Shown: positions 26,960 through 42,699 of the stretch, piece by piece
Numbering within the stretch: the first letter of the stretch is position 1
How the letters are laid out: each line of letters begins with the position of its first letter
Origin: Auanema rhodensis
Lineage: Eukaryota; Animalia; Nematoda
Direction of reading: 5' to 3'
NCBI GenBank assembly: GCA_964057225.1
Contig: OZ059899.1
Location: 17,980,001 to 18,044,000, forward strand
DNA: 64,000 bases
Program-made: the position numbers and the translations under genes
The notes under the pieces: generated by a model
What the model was told of the DNA's origin: nothing
Database searches by the model: none
The model's input: the letters and a program-made list of their open reading frames with translations, nothing else

Positions 26960-29900
26960 GTTACATACCAAGTGCACATCACGTGTACATTTAATTAGCA
27001 TAAATTAAAGTTCACGTAAATTTCAAAGTCATGGTTACCATGCACCAATATCAATGAAAATTTGTTTTAAGACTAATATGGACATGGGGAATCTAATTTT
27101 AAAAACCGCATCTTTTTATCTTTCACGTGAAGCGAGTTACATACCGAGTGCACACCACGTGTACATTTAATTAGCATAAATTAAAGTTCACGTAAATTTC
27201 AAAGTCATGGTTACCATGCACCAATATCAATAAAAATTTGTTTTTAGACTAATATGGACATGGGGAATCTATTTTTGAAAACCGCATCTCTTTATCTTTC
27301 ACGTGAAGCGAGTTACATACCGAGTGCACACCACGTGTACGTTTAATTAGCATAAATTAAAGTTCACGTAAAATTCAAAGTCATGGTTACCATGCACCAA
27401 TATCAATAAAAATTTGTTTTTAGACTAATATGGACATGGGGAAACTAATTTTGAAAACCGCATCTCTTTATCTTTCACGTGAAGCGAGTTACATACCGAG
27501 TGCACACCATGTGTACATTTAATTAGCATAAATTAAAGTTCACGTAAATTTCAAAATCATGGTTACCATGCACCAATATCAGTAAAAAACTGTTTTTAGA
27601 CTAATATGGACATGGGGAATCTAATTTTGAAAACCGCATCTCTTTTTCTTTCACGTGAAGCGAGATACATACCGAGTGCACACCACGTGTACATTTATGT
27701 AGCATAAAATAAAGTTCACGTAAATTTCAAAGTCATGGTTACCATGCACCAATATCGATAAAAATTTGTTTTTAGACTAATATGGACATGGGGAATCTAA
27801 TTGGGAAAACCTCATCTCTTTATCTTTCACGTGAAGCGAGTTACATACCAAGTGCACATCACTTGTACATTTAATTAGCATAAATTAAAGTTCACGTAAA
27901 TTTCAAAGTTATGGTTACCATGCACCAATATCAATAAAAATTTGTTTTAAGACTAATATGGACATGGGGAATCTAATTTTGAAAACCGCATCTCTTTATC
28001 TTTCACGTGAAGCAAGTTACATACCAAGTGCACATCACGTGTACATTTAATTAGCATAAATTAAAGTTCACGTAAATTTCAAAGTCATGGTTACCATGCA
28101 CCAATATCAATAAAAATTTGTTTTAAGACTAATATGGACATGGGGAATCTAATTGGGAAAACCTCATCTCTTTATCTTTCACGTGAAGCGAGTTACATAC
28201 CGGGTGCACACCACGTGTACATTTAATTAGCATAAATTAAAGTTCACGTAATTTTCAAAGTCATGGTTACCATGCACCAATATCAATAAAAATTTGTTTT
28301 TAGACTAATATGGACATGGGGAATCTATATGTGAGAACTGCATCTCTTTATCTTTCACGTGAAGCGAGTTACATACCAAGTGCACATCACGTGTACATTT
28401 AATTAGCATAAATTAAAGTTCACGTAAATTTCAAAGTCATGGTTACCATACACCAATATCAATAAAAATTTGTTTTTAGACTAATATGGACATGGGGAAT
28501 CTAATTTCGAAAACCGCATCTCTTTATCTTTCACGTGAAGCGAGTTACATACCGAGTGCACACCATGTGTACATTTAATTAGCATAAATTAAAGTTCACG
28601 TAAATTTCAAAATCATGGTTACCATGCACCAATATCAGTAAAAAACTGTTTTTAGACTAATATGGACATGGGGAATCTATATGTGAGAACTGCATCTCTT
28701 TATCTTTCACGTGAAGCGAGTTACATACCAAGTGCACATCACGTGTACATTTAATTAGCATAAATTAAAGTTCACGTAAATTTCAAAGTCATGGTTACCA
28801 TGCACCAATATCAATAAAAATTTGTTTTTAGACTAATATGGACATGGGGAATCTAATTTTGAGAACTGCATCTCTTTATCTTTCACGTGAAGCGAGTTAC
28901 ATACCAAGTGCACATCACGTGTACATTTAATTAGCATAAATTAAAGTTCACGTAAATTTCAAAGTCATGGTTACCATGCACCAATATCAGTAAAAAACTG
29001 TTTTTAGACTAATATGGACATGGGGAATCTAATTTTGGAAACCGCATCTCTTTATCTTTCACGTGAAGCGAGATACATACCGAGTGCACACCACGTGTAC
29101 ATTTAATTAGCATAAATTAAAGTTCACGTAAATTTCAAAGTCATGGTTACCATGCACCAATATCAATAAAAATTTGTTTTTAGACTAATATGGACATGGG
29201 GAATCTAATTTTGAGAACTGCATCTCTTTATCTTTCACGTGAAGCGAGTTACATACCAAGTGCACATCACGTGTACATTTAATTAGCATAAATTAAAGTT
29301 CACGTAAATTTCAAAGTCATGGTTACCATGCACCAATATCAATAAAAATTTGTTTTTAGACTAATATGGACATGAGGAATCAAATTTTGAAAACCGCATC
29401 TTTTTATCTTTCACGTGAAGCGAGTTACATACCGAGTGCACACCACGTGTACATTTAATTAGCATAAATTAAAGTTCACGTAAATTTCAAAGTCATGGTT
29501 ACCATGAACCAATATCAATAAAAATTTGTTTTTAGACTAATATGGACATAGGAAATCTAATTTTGTTAACCGCATCTCTTTATCTTTCACGTGAAGCGAG
29601 TTACATACCGAGTGCACACCACGTGTACATTTAATTAGCATAAATTAAAGTTCACGTAAATTTCAAAATCATGGTTACCATGCACCAATATCAGTAAAAA
29701 ACTGTTTTTAGACTAATATGGACATGGGGAATCTAATTTTTAAAACCGCATCTCTTTATCTTTCACGTGAAGCGAGTTACATACCAAGTGCACATCACGT
29801 GTACATTTAATTAGCATAAATTAAAGTTCACGTAAATTTCAAAGTCATGGTTACCATGCACTAATATCAATATTAATTTGTTTTTAGACTAATATGGACA

Positions 29901-32900
29901 TGGGGAATCTAATTTTGAGAACTGCATCTCTTTATCTTTCACGTGAAGCGAGTTACATACCGAGTGCACACCACGTGTACATTTAATTAGCATAAATTAA
30001 AGTTCACGTAAATTTCAAAGTCATGGTTACCATGCACCAATATCAATAAAAATTTGTTTTTAGACTAATATGGACATGGGGAATCTAATTTTGAGAACTG
30101 CATCTCTTTATCTTTCACGTGAAGCGAGTTACATACCAAGTGCACATCACGTGTACATTTAATTAGCATAAATTAAAGTTCACGTAAATTTCAAAGTCAT
30201 GGTTACCATGCACCAATATCAATGAAAATTTGTTTTAAGACTAATATGGACATGGGGAATCTAATTTTGAAAACCGCATCTCTTTATCTTTCACGTGAAG
30301 CAAGTTACATACCAAGTGCACATCACGTGTACATTTAATTAGCATAAATTAAAGTTCACGTAAATTTCAAAGTCATGGTTACCATGCACCAATATCAATA
30401 AAAATTTGTTTCTAGACTAATATGGACATGGGGAATCTAATTTTGAGAACTGCATCTCTTTATCTTTCACGTGAAGCGAGTTACATACCAAGTGCACATC
30501 ACGTGTACATTTAATTAGCATAAATTAAAGTTCACGTAAATTTCAAAGTCATGGTTACCATGCACCAATATCAATAAAAATTTGTTTTTAGACTAATATG
30601 GACATGAGGAATCAAATTTTGAAAACCGCATCTTTTTATCTTTCACGTGAAGCAAGTTACATACCAAGTGCACATCACGTGTACATTTAATTAGCATAAA
30701 TTAAAGTTCACGTAAATTTCAAAGTCATGGTTACCATGCACCAATATCAATAAAAATTTGTTTCTAGACTAATATGGACATGGGGAATCTAATTTTGAGA
30801 ACTGCATCTCTTTATCTTTCACGTGAAGCGAGTTACATACCAAGTGCACATCACGTGTACATTTAATTAGCATAAATTAAAGTTCACGTAAATTTCAAAG
30901 TCATGGTTACCATGCACCAATATCAATAAAAATTTGTTTTTAGACTAATATGGACATGAGGAATCAAATTTTGAAAACCGCATCTTTTTATCTTTCACGT
31001 GAAGCGAGTTACATACCGAGTGCACACCACGTGTACATTTAATTAGCATAAATTAAAGTTCACGTAGATTTCAAAGTCATGGTTACCATGAACCAATATC
31101 AATAAAAATTTGTTTTTAGACTAATATGGACATAGGAAATCTAATTTTGTTAACCGCATCTCTTTATCTTTCACGTGAAGCGAGTTACATACCGAGTGCA
31201 CACCACGTGTACATTTAATTAGCATAAATTAAAGTTCACGTAAATTTCAAAATCATGGTTACCATGCACCAATATCAGTAAAAAACTGTTTTTAGACTAA
31301 TATGGACATGGGGAATCTAATTTTTAAAACCGCATCTCTTTATCTTTCACGTGAAGCGAGTTACATACCAAGTGCACATCACGTGTACATTTAATTAGCA
31401 TAAATTAAAGTTCACGTAAATTTCAAAGTCATGGTTACCATGCACTAATATCAATATTAATTTGTTTTTAGACTAATATGGACATGGGGAATCTAATTTT
31501 GAGAACTGCATCTCTTTATCTTTCACGTGAAGCGAGTTACATACCAAGTGCACATCACGTGTACATTTAATTAGCATAAATTAAAGTTCACGTAAATTTC
31601 AAAGTCATGGTTACCATGCACCAATATCAATAAAAATTTGTTTTTAGACTAATATGGACATGGGGAATCTAATTTCGAAAACCGCATCTCTTTATCTTTC
31701 ACGTGAAGCGAGTTACATACCGAGTGCACACCATGTGTACATTTAATTAGCATAAATTAAAGTTCACGTAAATTTCAAAATCATGGTTACCATGCACCAA
31801 TATCAGTAAAAAACTGTTTTTAGACTAATATGGACATGGGGAATCTAATTTTGGAAACCGCATCTCTTTATCTTTCACGTGAAGCGAGATACATACCGAG
31901 TGCACACCACGTGTACATTTATGTAGCATAAAATAAAGTTCACGTAAATTTCAAAGTCATGGTTACCATGCACCAATATCGATAAAAATTTGTTTTTAGA
32001 CTAATATGGACATGGGGAATCTAATTTTGGAAACCGCATCTCTTTATCTTTCACGTGAAGCGAGATACATACCGAGTGCACACCACGTGTACATTTATGT
32101 AGCATAAAATAAAGTTCACGTAAATTTCAAAATCATGGTTACCATGCACCAATATCAGTAAAAAACTGTTTTTAGACTAATATGGACATGGGGAATCTAA
32201 TTTTGGAAACCGCATCTCTTTATCTTTCACGTGAAGCGAGATACATACCGAGTGCACACCACGTGTACATTTATGTAGCATAAAATAAAGTTCACGTAAA
32301 TTTCAAAGTCATGGTTACCATGCACCAATATCAATAAAAATTTGTTTTTAGACTAATATGGACATGGGGAATCTAATTTTGAGAACTGCATCTCTTTATC
32401 TTTCACGTGAAGCGAGTTACATACCAAGTGCACATCACGTGTACATTTAATTAGCATAAATTAAAGTTCACGTAAATTTCAAAGTCATGGTTACCATGCA
32501 CCAATATCAATGAAAATTTGTTTTAAGACTAATATGGACATGAAGAATCTAATTTTGAAAACCGCATCTCTTTCTCTTTCACGTGAAGCAAGTTACATAC
32601 CAAGTGCACATCACGTGTACATTTAATTAGCATAAATAAAAGTTCACGTAAATTTCAAAGTCATGGTTACCATGCACCAATATCAATAAAAATTTGTTTC
32701 TAGACTAATATGGACATGGGGAATCTAATTTTGAGAACTGCATCTCTTTATCTTTCACGTGAAGCGAGTTACATACCAAGTGCACATCACGTGTACATTT
32801 AATTAGCATAAATTAAAGTTCACGTAAATTTCAAAGTCATGGTTACCATGCACCAATATCAATAAAAATTTGTTTTTAGACTAATATGGACATAGGAAAT

Positions 32901-35900
32901 CTAATTTTGTTAACCGCATCTCTTTATCTTTCACGTGAAGCGAGTTACATACCGAGTGCACACCACGTGTACATTTAATTAGCATAAATTAAAGTTCACG
33001 TAAATTTCAAAGTCATGGTTACCATGAACCAATATCAATAAAAATTTGTTTTTAGACTAATATGGACATAGGAAATCTAATTTTGTTAACCGCATCTCTT
33101 TATCTTTCACGTGAAGCGAGTTACATACCGAGTGCACACCACGTGTACATTTAATTAGCATAAATTAAAGTTCACGTAAATTTCAAAATCATGGTTACCA
33201 TGCACCAATATCAGTAAAAAACTGTTTTTAGACTAATATGGACATGGGGAATCTAATTTTTAAAACCGCATCTCTTTATCTTTCACGTGAAGCGAGTTAC
33301 ATACCAAGTGCACACCGCGTGTACATTTAATTAGCATAAATTGAAGTTCACGTAAATTTCAAAGTCATGGTTACCATGCACCAATATCAATAAAAATTTG
33401 TTTTTAGACTAATATGCACATGGGGAATCTAATTGTGAAAACCGCATCTCCTTATCTTTCACGTGAAGCGAGTTACATACCAAGTGCACATCACTTGTAC
33501 ATTTAATTAGCATAAATTAAAGTTCTCGTAAATTTCAAAGTCATGGTTACCATGCACCAATATCAGTAAAAAATTGTTTTCAGACTAATATGAACATGGG
33601 GAATCTAATTTTAAAAACCGCATCTCTTTATCTTTCACGTGAAGCGAGTTACATACGGAGTGCACACCACGTGTACATTTAATTAGCATAAATTAAAGTT
33701 CACGTAAATTTCAAAGTCATGGTTACCATGCACCAATATCAATAAAAATTTGTTTTCAGACTAATATGGACATGGGGAATCTAATTGTGAAAACCGCATC
33801 TTCTTATCTTTCACGTGAAGCGAGTTACATACCAAGTGCACATCACTTGTACATTTAATTAGCATAAATTAAAGTTCACGTAAATTTCAAAGTCATGGTT
33901 ACCATGCACCAATATCAGTAAAAATTTGTTTTCAGACTAATATGGACATGGGGAATCTAATTTTAAAAACCGCATCTCTTTATCTTTCACGTGAAGCGAG
34001 TTACATACCGAGTGCACACCACGTGTACATTTAATTAGCATAAATTAAAGTTCACGTAAATTTCAAAGTCATGGTTACCATACACCAATATCAATAAAAA
34101 TTTGTTTTTAAACTAATATGGACATGGGGAGTCTAATTTTAAAAACCGCATCTCTTTATCTTTCACGTGAAGCGAGTTACATACCGAGTGCACACCACGT
34201 GTACATTTAATTAGCATAAATTAAAGTTCACGTAAATTTCAAAGTCATGGTTACCATGCACCAATATCAATAAAAATTTGTTTTAAGACTAATATGGACA
34301 TGGGAAATCTAATTTTGAAAACCGCATCTCTTTATCTTTCACGTGAAGCAAGTTACATACCAAGTGCACATCACGTGTACATTTAATTAGCATTAATTAA
34401 AGTTCACGTAAAATTCAAAGTCATGGTTACCATGCACCAATATCAATAAAAATTTGTTTTTAGACTAATATGGACATGGGGAATCTATTTTTGAAAACCG
34501 CATCTCTTTATCTTTCACGTGAAGCGAGTTACATACCGAGTGCACACCACGTGTACGTTTAATTAGCATAAATTAAAGTTCACGTAAAATTCAAAGTCAT
34601 GGTTACCATGCACCAATATCAATAAAAATTTGTTTTTAGACTAATATGGACATGGGGAATCTAATTTTGAAAACCGCATCTCTTTATCTTTCACGTGAAG
34701 CGAGTTACATACCGAGTGCACACCATGTGTACATTTAATTAGCATAAATTAAAGTTCACGTAAATTTCAAAATCATGGTTACCATGCACCAATATCAGTA
34801 AAAAACTGTTTTTAGACTAATATGGACATGGGGAATCTAAGTTTGGAAACCGCATCTCTTTTTCTTTCACGTGAAGCGAGATACATACCGAGTGCACACC
34901 ACGTGTACATTTATGTAGCATAAAATAAAGTTCACGTAAATTTCAAAGTCATGGTTACCATGCACCAATATCGATAAAAATTTGTTTTTAGACTAATATG
35001 GACATGGGGAATCTAATTGGGAAAACCTCATCTCTTTATCTTTCACGTGAAGCGAGTTACATACCGGGTGCACACCATGTGTACATTTAATTAGCATAAA
35101 TTAAAGTTCACGTAAATTTCAAAGTCATGGTTACCATGCACCAATATCAATAAAAATTTGTTTTAAGACTAATATGGACATGGGGAATCTAATTTTGAAA
35201 ACCGCATCTCTTTATCTTTCACGTGAATCAAGTTACATATTAAGTGCACATCACGTGTACATTTAATTAGCATAAATTAAAGTTCACGTAAATTTCAAAG
35301 TCATGGTTACCATGCACCAATATCAATAAAAATTTGTTTTAAGACTAATATGGACATGGGGAATCTAATTTTGAAAACCGCATCTCTTTATCTTTCACGT
35401 GAAGCAAGTTACATACCAAGTGCACATCACGTGTACATTTAATTAGCATAAATTAAAGTTCACGTAAATTTCAAAGTCATGGTTACCATGCACCAATATC
35501 AATAAAAATTTGTTTTTAGACTAATATGGACATGGGGAATCTAATTTTGAGAACTGCATCTCTTTATCTTTCACGTGAAGCGAGTTACATACCAAGTGCA
35601 CATCACGTGTACATTTAATTAGCATAAATTAAAGTTCACGTAAATTTCAAAGTCATGGTTACCATACACCAATATCAATAAAAATTTGTTTTTAGACTAA
35701 TATGGACATGGGGAATCTAATTTCGAAAACCGCATCTCTTTATCTTTCACGTGAAGCGAGTTACATACCGAGTGCACACCATGTGTACATTTAATTAGCA
35801 TAAATTAAAGTTCACGTAAATTTCAAAATCATGGTTACCATGCACCAATATCAGTAAAAAACTGTTTTTAGACTAATATGGACATGGGGAATCTAATTTT

Positions 35901-38900
35901 GGAAACCGCATCTCTTTTTCTTTCACGTGAAGCGAGATACATACCGAGTGCACACCACGTGTACATTTATGTAGCATAAAATAAAGTTCACGTAAATTTC
36001 AAAGTCATGGTTACCATGCACCAATATCGATAAAAATTTGTTTTTAGACTAATATGGACATGGGGAGTCTAATTTTAAAAACCGCATCTCTTTATCTTTC
36101 ACGTGAAGCGAGTTACATACCGAGTGCACACCACGTGTACATTTAATTAGCATAAATTAAAGTTCACGTAAATTTCAAAGTCATGGTTACCATGCACCAA
36201 TATCAATAAAAATTTGTTTTAAGACTAATATGGACATGGGAAATCTAATTTTGAAAACCGCATCTCTTTATCTTTCACGTGAAGCAAGTTACATACCAAG
36301 TGCACATCACGTGTACATTTAATTAGCATAAATTAAAGTTCACGTAAAATTCAAAGTCATGGTTACCATGTACCAATATCAATAAAAATTTGTTTTTAGA
36401 CTAATATGGACATGGGGAATCTATTTTTGAAAACCGCATCTCTTTATCTTTCACGTGAAGCGAGTTACATACCGAGTGCACACCACGTGTACGTTTAATT
36501 AGCATAAATTAAAGTTCACGTAAATTTCAAAGTCATGGTTACCATGCACCAATATCAATAAAAATTTGTTTTTAGACTAATATGGACATGGGGAATCTAA
36601 TTTTGGAAACCGCATCTCTTTTTCTTTCACGTGAAGCGAGATACATACCGAGTGCACACCACGTGTACATTTATGTAGCATAAAATAAAGTTCACGTAAA
36701 TTTCAAAGTCATGGTTACCATGCACCAATATCAATAAAAATTTGTTTTAAGACTAATATGGACATGGGAAATCTAATTTTGAAAACCGCATCTCTTTATC
36801 TTTCACGTGAAGCAAGTTACATACCAAGTGCACATCACGTGTACATTTAATTAGCATAAATTAAAGTTCACGTAAAATTCAAAGTCATGGTTACCATGTA
36901 CCAATATCAATAAAAATTTGTTTTTAGACTAATATGGACATGGGGAATCTAATTTTGAAAACCGCATCTCTTTATCTTTCACGTGAAGCGAGTTACATAC
37001 CAAGTGCACACCGCGTGTACATTTAATTAGCATAAATTGAAGTTCACGTAAATTTCAAAGTCATGGTTACCATGCACCAATATCAATAAAAATTTGTTTT
37101 TAGACTAATATGGACATGGGGAATCTAATTGTGAAAACCGCATCTCCTTATCTTTCACGTGAAGCGAGTTACATACCAAGTGCACATCACTTGTACATTT
37201 AATTAGCATAAATTAAAGTTCACGTAAAACTCAAAGTCATGGTTACCATGCACCAATATCAATAAAAATTTGTTTTTAGACTAATATGGACATGGGGAAT
37301 CTAATTTTGAAAACCGCATCTCTTTATCTTTCACGTGAAGCGAGTTACATACCGAGTGCACACCATGTGTACATTTAATTAGCATAAATTAAAGTTCACG
37401 TAAATTTCAAAATCATGGTTACCATGCACCAATATCAGTAAAAAACTGTTTTTAGACTAATATGGACATGGGGAATCTAATTTTGGAAACCGCAACTCTT
37501 TTTCTTTCACGTGAAGCGAGATACATACCGAGTGCACACCACGTGTACATTTATGTAGCATAAAATAAAGTTCACGTAAATTTCAAAGTCATGGTTACCA
37601 TGCACCAATATCGATAAAAATTTGTTTTTAGACTAATATGGACATGGGGAATCTAATTGGGAAAACCTCATCTCTTTATCTTTCACGTGAAGCGAGTTAC
37701 ATACCGGGTGCACACCACGTGTACATTTAATTAGCATAAATTAAAGTTCACGTAAATTTCAAAGTCATGGTTACCATGCACCAATATCAATAAAAATTTG
37801 TTTTAAGACTAATATGGACATGGGGAATCTAATTTTGAAAACCGCATCTTTTTATCTTTCACGTGAAGCGAGTTACATACCGAGTGCACACCACGTGTAC
37901 ATTTAATTAGCATAAATTAAAGTTCACGTAAATTTCAAAGTCATGGTTACCATGCACCAATATCAATATTAATTTGTTTTTAGACTAATATGGACATGGG
38001 GAATCTATTTTTGAAAACCGCATCTCTTTATCTTTCACGTGAAGCGAGTTACATACCGAGTGCACACCACGTGTACGTTTAATTAGCATAAATTAAAGTT
38101 CACGTAAATTTCAAAGTCATGGTTACCATGCACCAATATCAATAAAAATTTGTTTTTAGACTAATATGGACATGGGGAATCTAATTTTGGAAACCGCATC
38201 TCTTTTTCTTTCACGTGAAGCGAGATACATACCGAGTGCACACCACGTGTACATTTATGTAGCATAAAATAAAGTTCACGTAAATTTCAAAGTCATGGTT
38301 ACCATGCACCAATATCAATAAAAATTTGTTTTAAGACTAATATGGACATGGGAAATCTAATTTTGAAAACCGCATCTCTTTATCTTTCACGTGAAGCAAG
38401 TTACATACCAAGTGCACATCACGTGTACATTTAATTAGCATAAATTAAAGTTCACGTAAAATTCAAAGTCATGGTTACCATGTACCAATATCAATAAAAA
38501 TTTGTTTTTAGACTAATATGGACATGGGGAATCTAATTTTGAAAACCGCATCTCTTTATCTTTCACGTGAAGCGAGTTACATACCAAGTGCACACCGCGT
38601 GTACATTTAATTAGCATAAATTGAAGTTCACGTAAATTTCAAAGTCATGGTTACCATGCACCAATATCAATAAAAATTTGTTTTTAGACTAATATGGACA
38701 TGGGGAATCTAATTGTGAAAACCGCATCTCCTTATCTTTCACGTGAAGCGAGTTACATACCAAGTGCACATCACTTGTACATTTAATTAGCATAAATTAA
38801 AGTTCACGTAAAACTCAAAGTCATGGTTACCATGCACCAATATCAATAAAAATTTGTTTTTAGACTAATATGGACATGGGGAATCTAATTTTGAAAACCG

Positions 38901-41900
38901 CATCTCTTTATCTTTCACGTGAAGCGAGTTACATACCAAGTGCACATCACGTGTACATTTAATTAGCATAAATTAAAGTTCACGTAAATTTCAAAGTCAT
39001 GGTTACCATGCACCAATATCAATAAAAATTTGTTTTTAGACTAATATGGACATGAGGAATCAAATTTTGAAAACCGCATCTTTTTATCTTTCACGTGAAG
39101 CGAGTTACATACCGAGTGCACACCACGTGTACATTTAATTAGCATAAATTAAAGTTCACGTAAATTTCAAAGTCATGGTTACCATGAACCAATATCAATA
39201 AAAATTTGTTTTTAGACTAATATGGACATAGGAAATCTAATTTTGTTAACCGCATCTCTTTATCTTTCACGTGAAGCGAGTTACATACCGAGTGCACACC
39301 ACTTGTACATTTAATTAGCATAAATTAAAGTTCACGTAAATTTCAAAATCATGGTTACCATGCACCAATATCAGTAAAAAACTGTTTTTAGACTAATATG
39401 GACATGGGGAATCTAATTTTTAAAACCGCATCTCTTTATCTTTCACGTGAAGCGAGTTACATACCAAGTGCACATCACGTGTACATTTAATTAGCATAAA
39501 TTAAAGTTCACGTAAATTTCAAAGTCATGGTTACCATGCACCAATATCAATATTAATTTGTTTTTAGACTAATATGGACATGGGGAATCTAATTTTGAGA
39601 ACTGCATCTCTTTATCTTTCACGTGAAGCGAGTTACATACCAAGTGCACATCACGTGTACATTTAATTAGCATAAATTAAAGTTCACGTAAATTTCAAAG
39701 TCATGGTTACCATGCACCAATATCAATAAAAATTTGTTTTTAGACTAATATGGACATGGGGAATCTAATTTCGAAAACCGCATCTCTTTATCTTTCACGT
39801 GAAGCGAGTTACATACCGAGTGCACACCATGTGTACATTTAATTAGCATAAATTAAAGTTCACGTAAATTTCAAAATCATGGTTACCATGCACCAATATC
39901 AGTAAAAAACTGTTTTTAGACTAATATGGACATGGGGAATCTAATTTTGGAAACCGCATCTCTTTATCTTTCACGTGAAGCGAGATACATACCGAGTGCA
40001 CACCACGTGTACATTTATGTAGCATAAAATAAAGTTCACGTAAATTTCAAAGTCATGGTTACCATGCACCAATATCGATAAAAATTTGTTTTTAGACTAA
40101 TATGGACATGGGGAATCTAATTTTGGAAACCGCATCTCTTTATCTTTCTTGTGAAGCGAGATACATACCGAGTGCACACCACGTGTACATTTATGTAGCA
40201 TAAAATAAAGTTCACGTAAATTTCAAAATCATGGTTACCATGCACCAATATCAGTAAAAAACTGTTTTTAGACTAATATGGACATGGGGAATCTAATTTT
40301 GGAAACCGCATCTCTTTATCTTTCACGTGAAGCGAGATACATACCGAGTGCACACCACGTGTACATTTATGTAGCATAAAATAAAGTTCACGTAAATTTC
40401 AAAGTCATGGTTACCATGCACCAATATCAATAAAAATTTGTTTTTAGACTAATATGGACATGGGGAATCTAATTTCGAAAACCGCATCTCTTTATCTTTC
40501 ACGTGAAGCGAGTTACATACCGAGTGCACACCACGTGTACATTTATGTAGCATAAAATAAAGTTCACGTAAATTTCAAAATCATGGTTACCATGCACCAA
40601 TATCAGTAAAAAACTGTTTTTAGACTAATATGGACATGGGGAATCTAATTTTGGAAACCGCATCTCTTTATCTTTCACGTGAAGCGAGATACATACCGAG
40701 TGCACACCACGTGTACATTTATGTAGCATAAAATAAAGTTCACGTAAATTTCAAAGTCATGGTTACCATGCACCAATATCAATAAAAATTTGTTTTTAGA
40801 CTAATATGGACATGGGGAATCTAATTTTGGAAACCGCATCTCTTTATCTTTCACGTGAAGCGAGATACATACCGAGTGCACACCACGTGTACATTTATGT
40901 AGCATAAAATAAAGTTCACGTAAATTTCAAAATCATGGTTACCATGCACCAATATCAGTAAAAAACTGTTTTTAGACTAATATGGACATGGGGAATCTAA
41001 TTTTGGAAACCGCATCTCTTTATCTTTCACGTGAAGCGAGATACATACCGAGTGCACACCACGTGTACATTTATGTAGCATAAAATAAAGTTCACGTAAA
41101 TTTCAAAGTCATGGTTACCATGCACCAATATCAATAAAAATTTGTTTTTAGACTAATATGGACATGGGGAATCTAATTTCGAAAACCGCATCTCTTTATC
41201 TTTCACGTGAAGCGAGTTACATACCGAGTGCACACCATGTGTACATTTAATTAGCATAAATTAAAGTTCACGTAAATTTCAAAATCATGGTTACCATGCA
41301 CCAATATCAGTAAAAAACTGTTTTTAGACTAATATGGACATGGGGAATCTAATTTTGGAAACCGCATCTCTTTATCTTTCACGTGAAGCGAGATACATAC
41401 CGAGTGCACACCACGTGTACATTTATGTAGCATAAAATAAAGTTCACGTAAATTTCAAAGTCATGGTTACCATGCACCAATATCGATAAAAATTTGTTTT
41501 TAGACTAATATGGACATGGGGAATCTAATTTTGGAAACCGCATCTCTTCATCTTTCACGTGAAGCGAGATACATACCGAGTGCACACCACGTGTACATTT
41601 ATGTAGCATAAAATAAAGTTCACGTAAATTTCAAAATCATGGTTACCATGCACCAATATCAGTAAAAAACTGTTTTTAGACTAATATGGACATGGGGAAT
41701 CTAATTTTGGAAACCGCATCTCTTTATCTTTCACGTGAAGCGAGATACATACCGAGTGCACACCACGTGTACATTTATGTAGCATAAAATAAAGTTCACG
41801 TAAATTTCAAAGTCATGGTTACCATGCACCAATATCAATAAAAATTTGTTTTTAGACTAATATGGACATGGGGAATCTAATTTTGAAAACCGCATCTCTT

Positions 41901-42699
41901 TCTCTTTCACGTGAAGCAAGTTACATACCAAGTGCACATCACGTGTACATTTAATTAGCATAAAATAAAGTTCACGTAAATTTCAAAGTCATGGTTACCA
42001 TGCACCAATATCAATAAAAATTTGTTTTTAGACTAATATGGACATGGGGAATCTAATTTCGAAAACCGCATCTCTTTATCTTTCACGTGAAGCGAGTTAC
42101 ATACCGAGTGCACACCATGTGTACATTTAATTAGCATAAATTAAAGTTCACGTAAATTTCAAAATCATGGTTACCATGCACCAATATCAGTAAAAAACTG
42201 TTTTTAGACTAATATGGACATGGGGAATCTAATTTTGGAAACCGCATCTCTTTATCTTTCACGTGAAGCGAGATACATACCGAGTGCACACCACGTGTAC
42301 ATTTATGTAGCATAAAATAAAGTTCACGTAAATTTCAAAGTCATGGTTACCATGCACCAATATCGATAAAAATTTGTTTTTAGACTAATATGGACATGGG
42401 GAATCTAATTTTGGAAACCGCATCTCTTCATCTTTCACGTGAAGCGAGATACATACCGAGTGCACACCACGTGTACATTTATGTAGCATAAAATAAAGTT
42501 CACGTAAATTTCAAAATCATGGTTACCATGCACCAATATCAGTAAAAAACTGTTTTTAGACTAATATGGACATGGGGAATCTAATTTTGGAAACCGCATC
42601 TCTTTATCTTTCACGTGAAGCGAGATACATACCGAGTGCACACCACGTGTACATTTATGTAGCATAAAATAAAGTTCACGTAAATTTCAAAGTCATGGT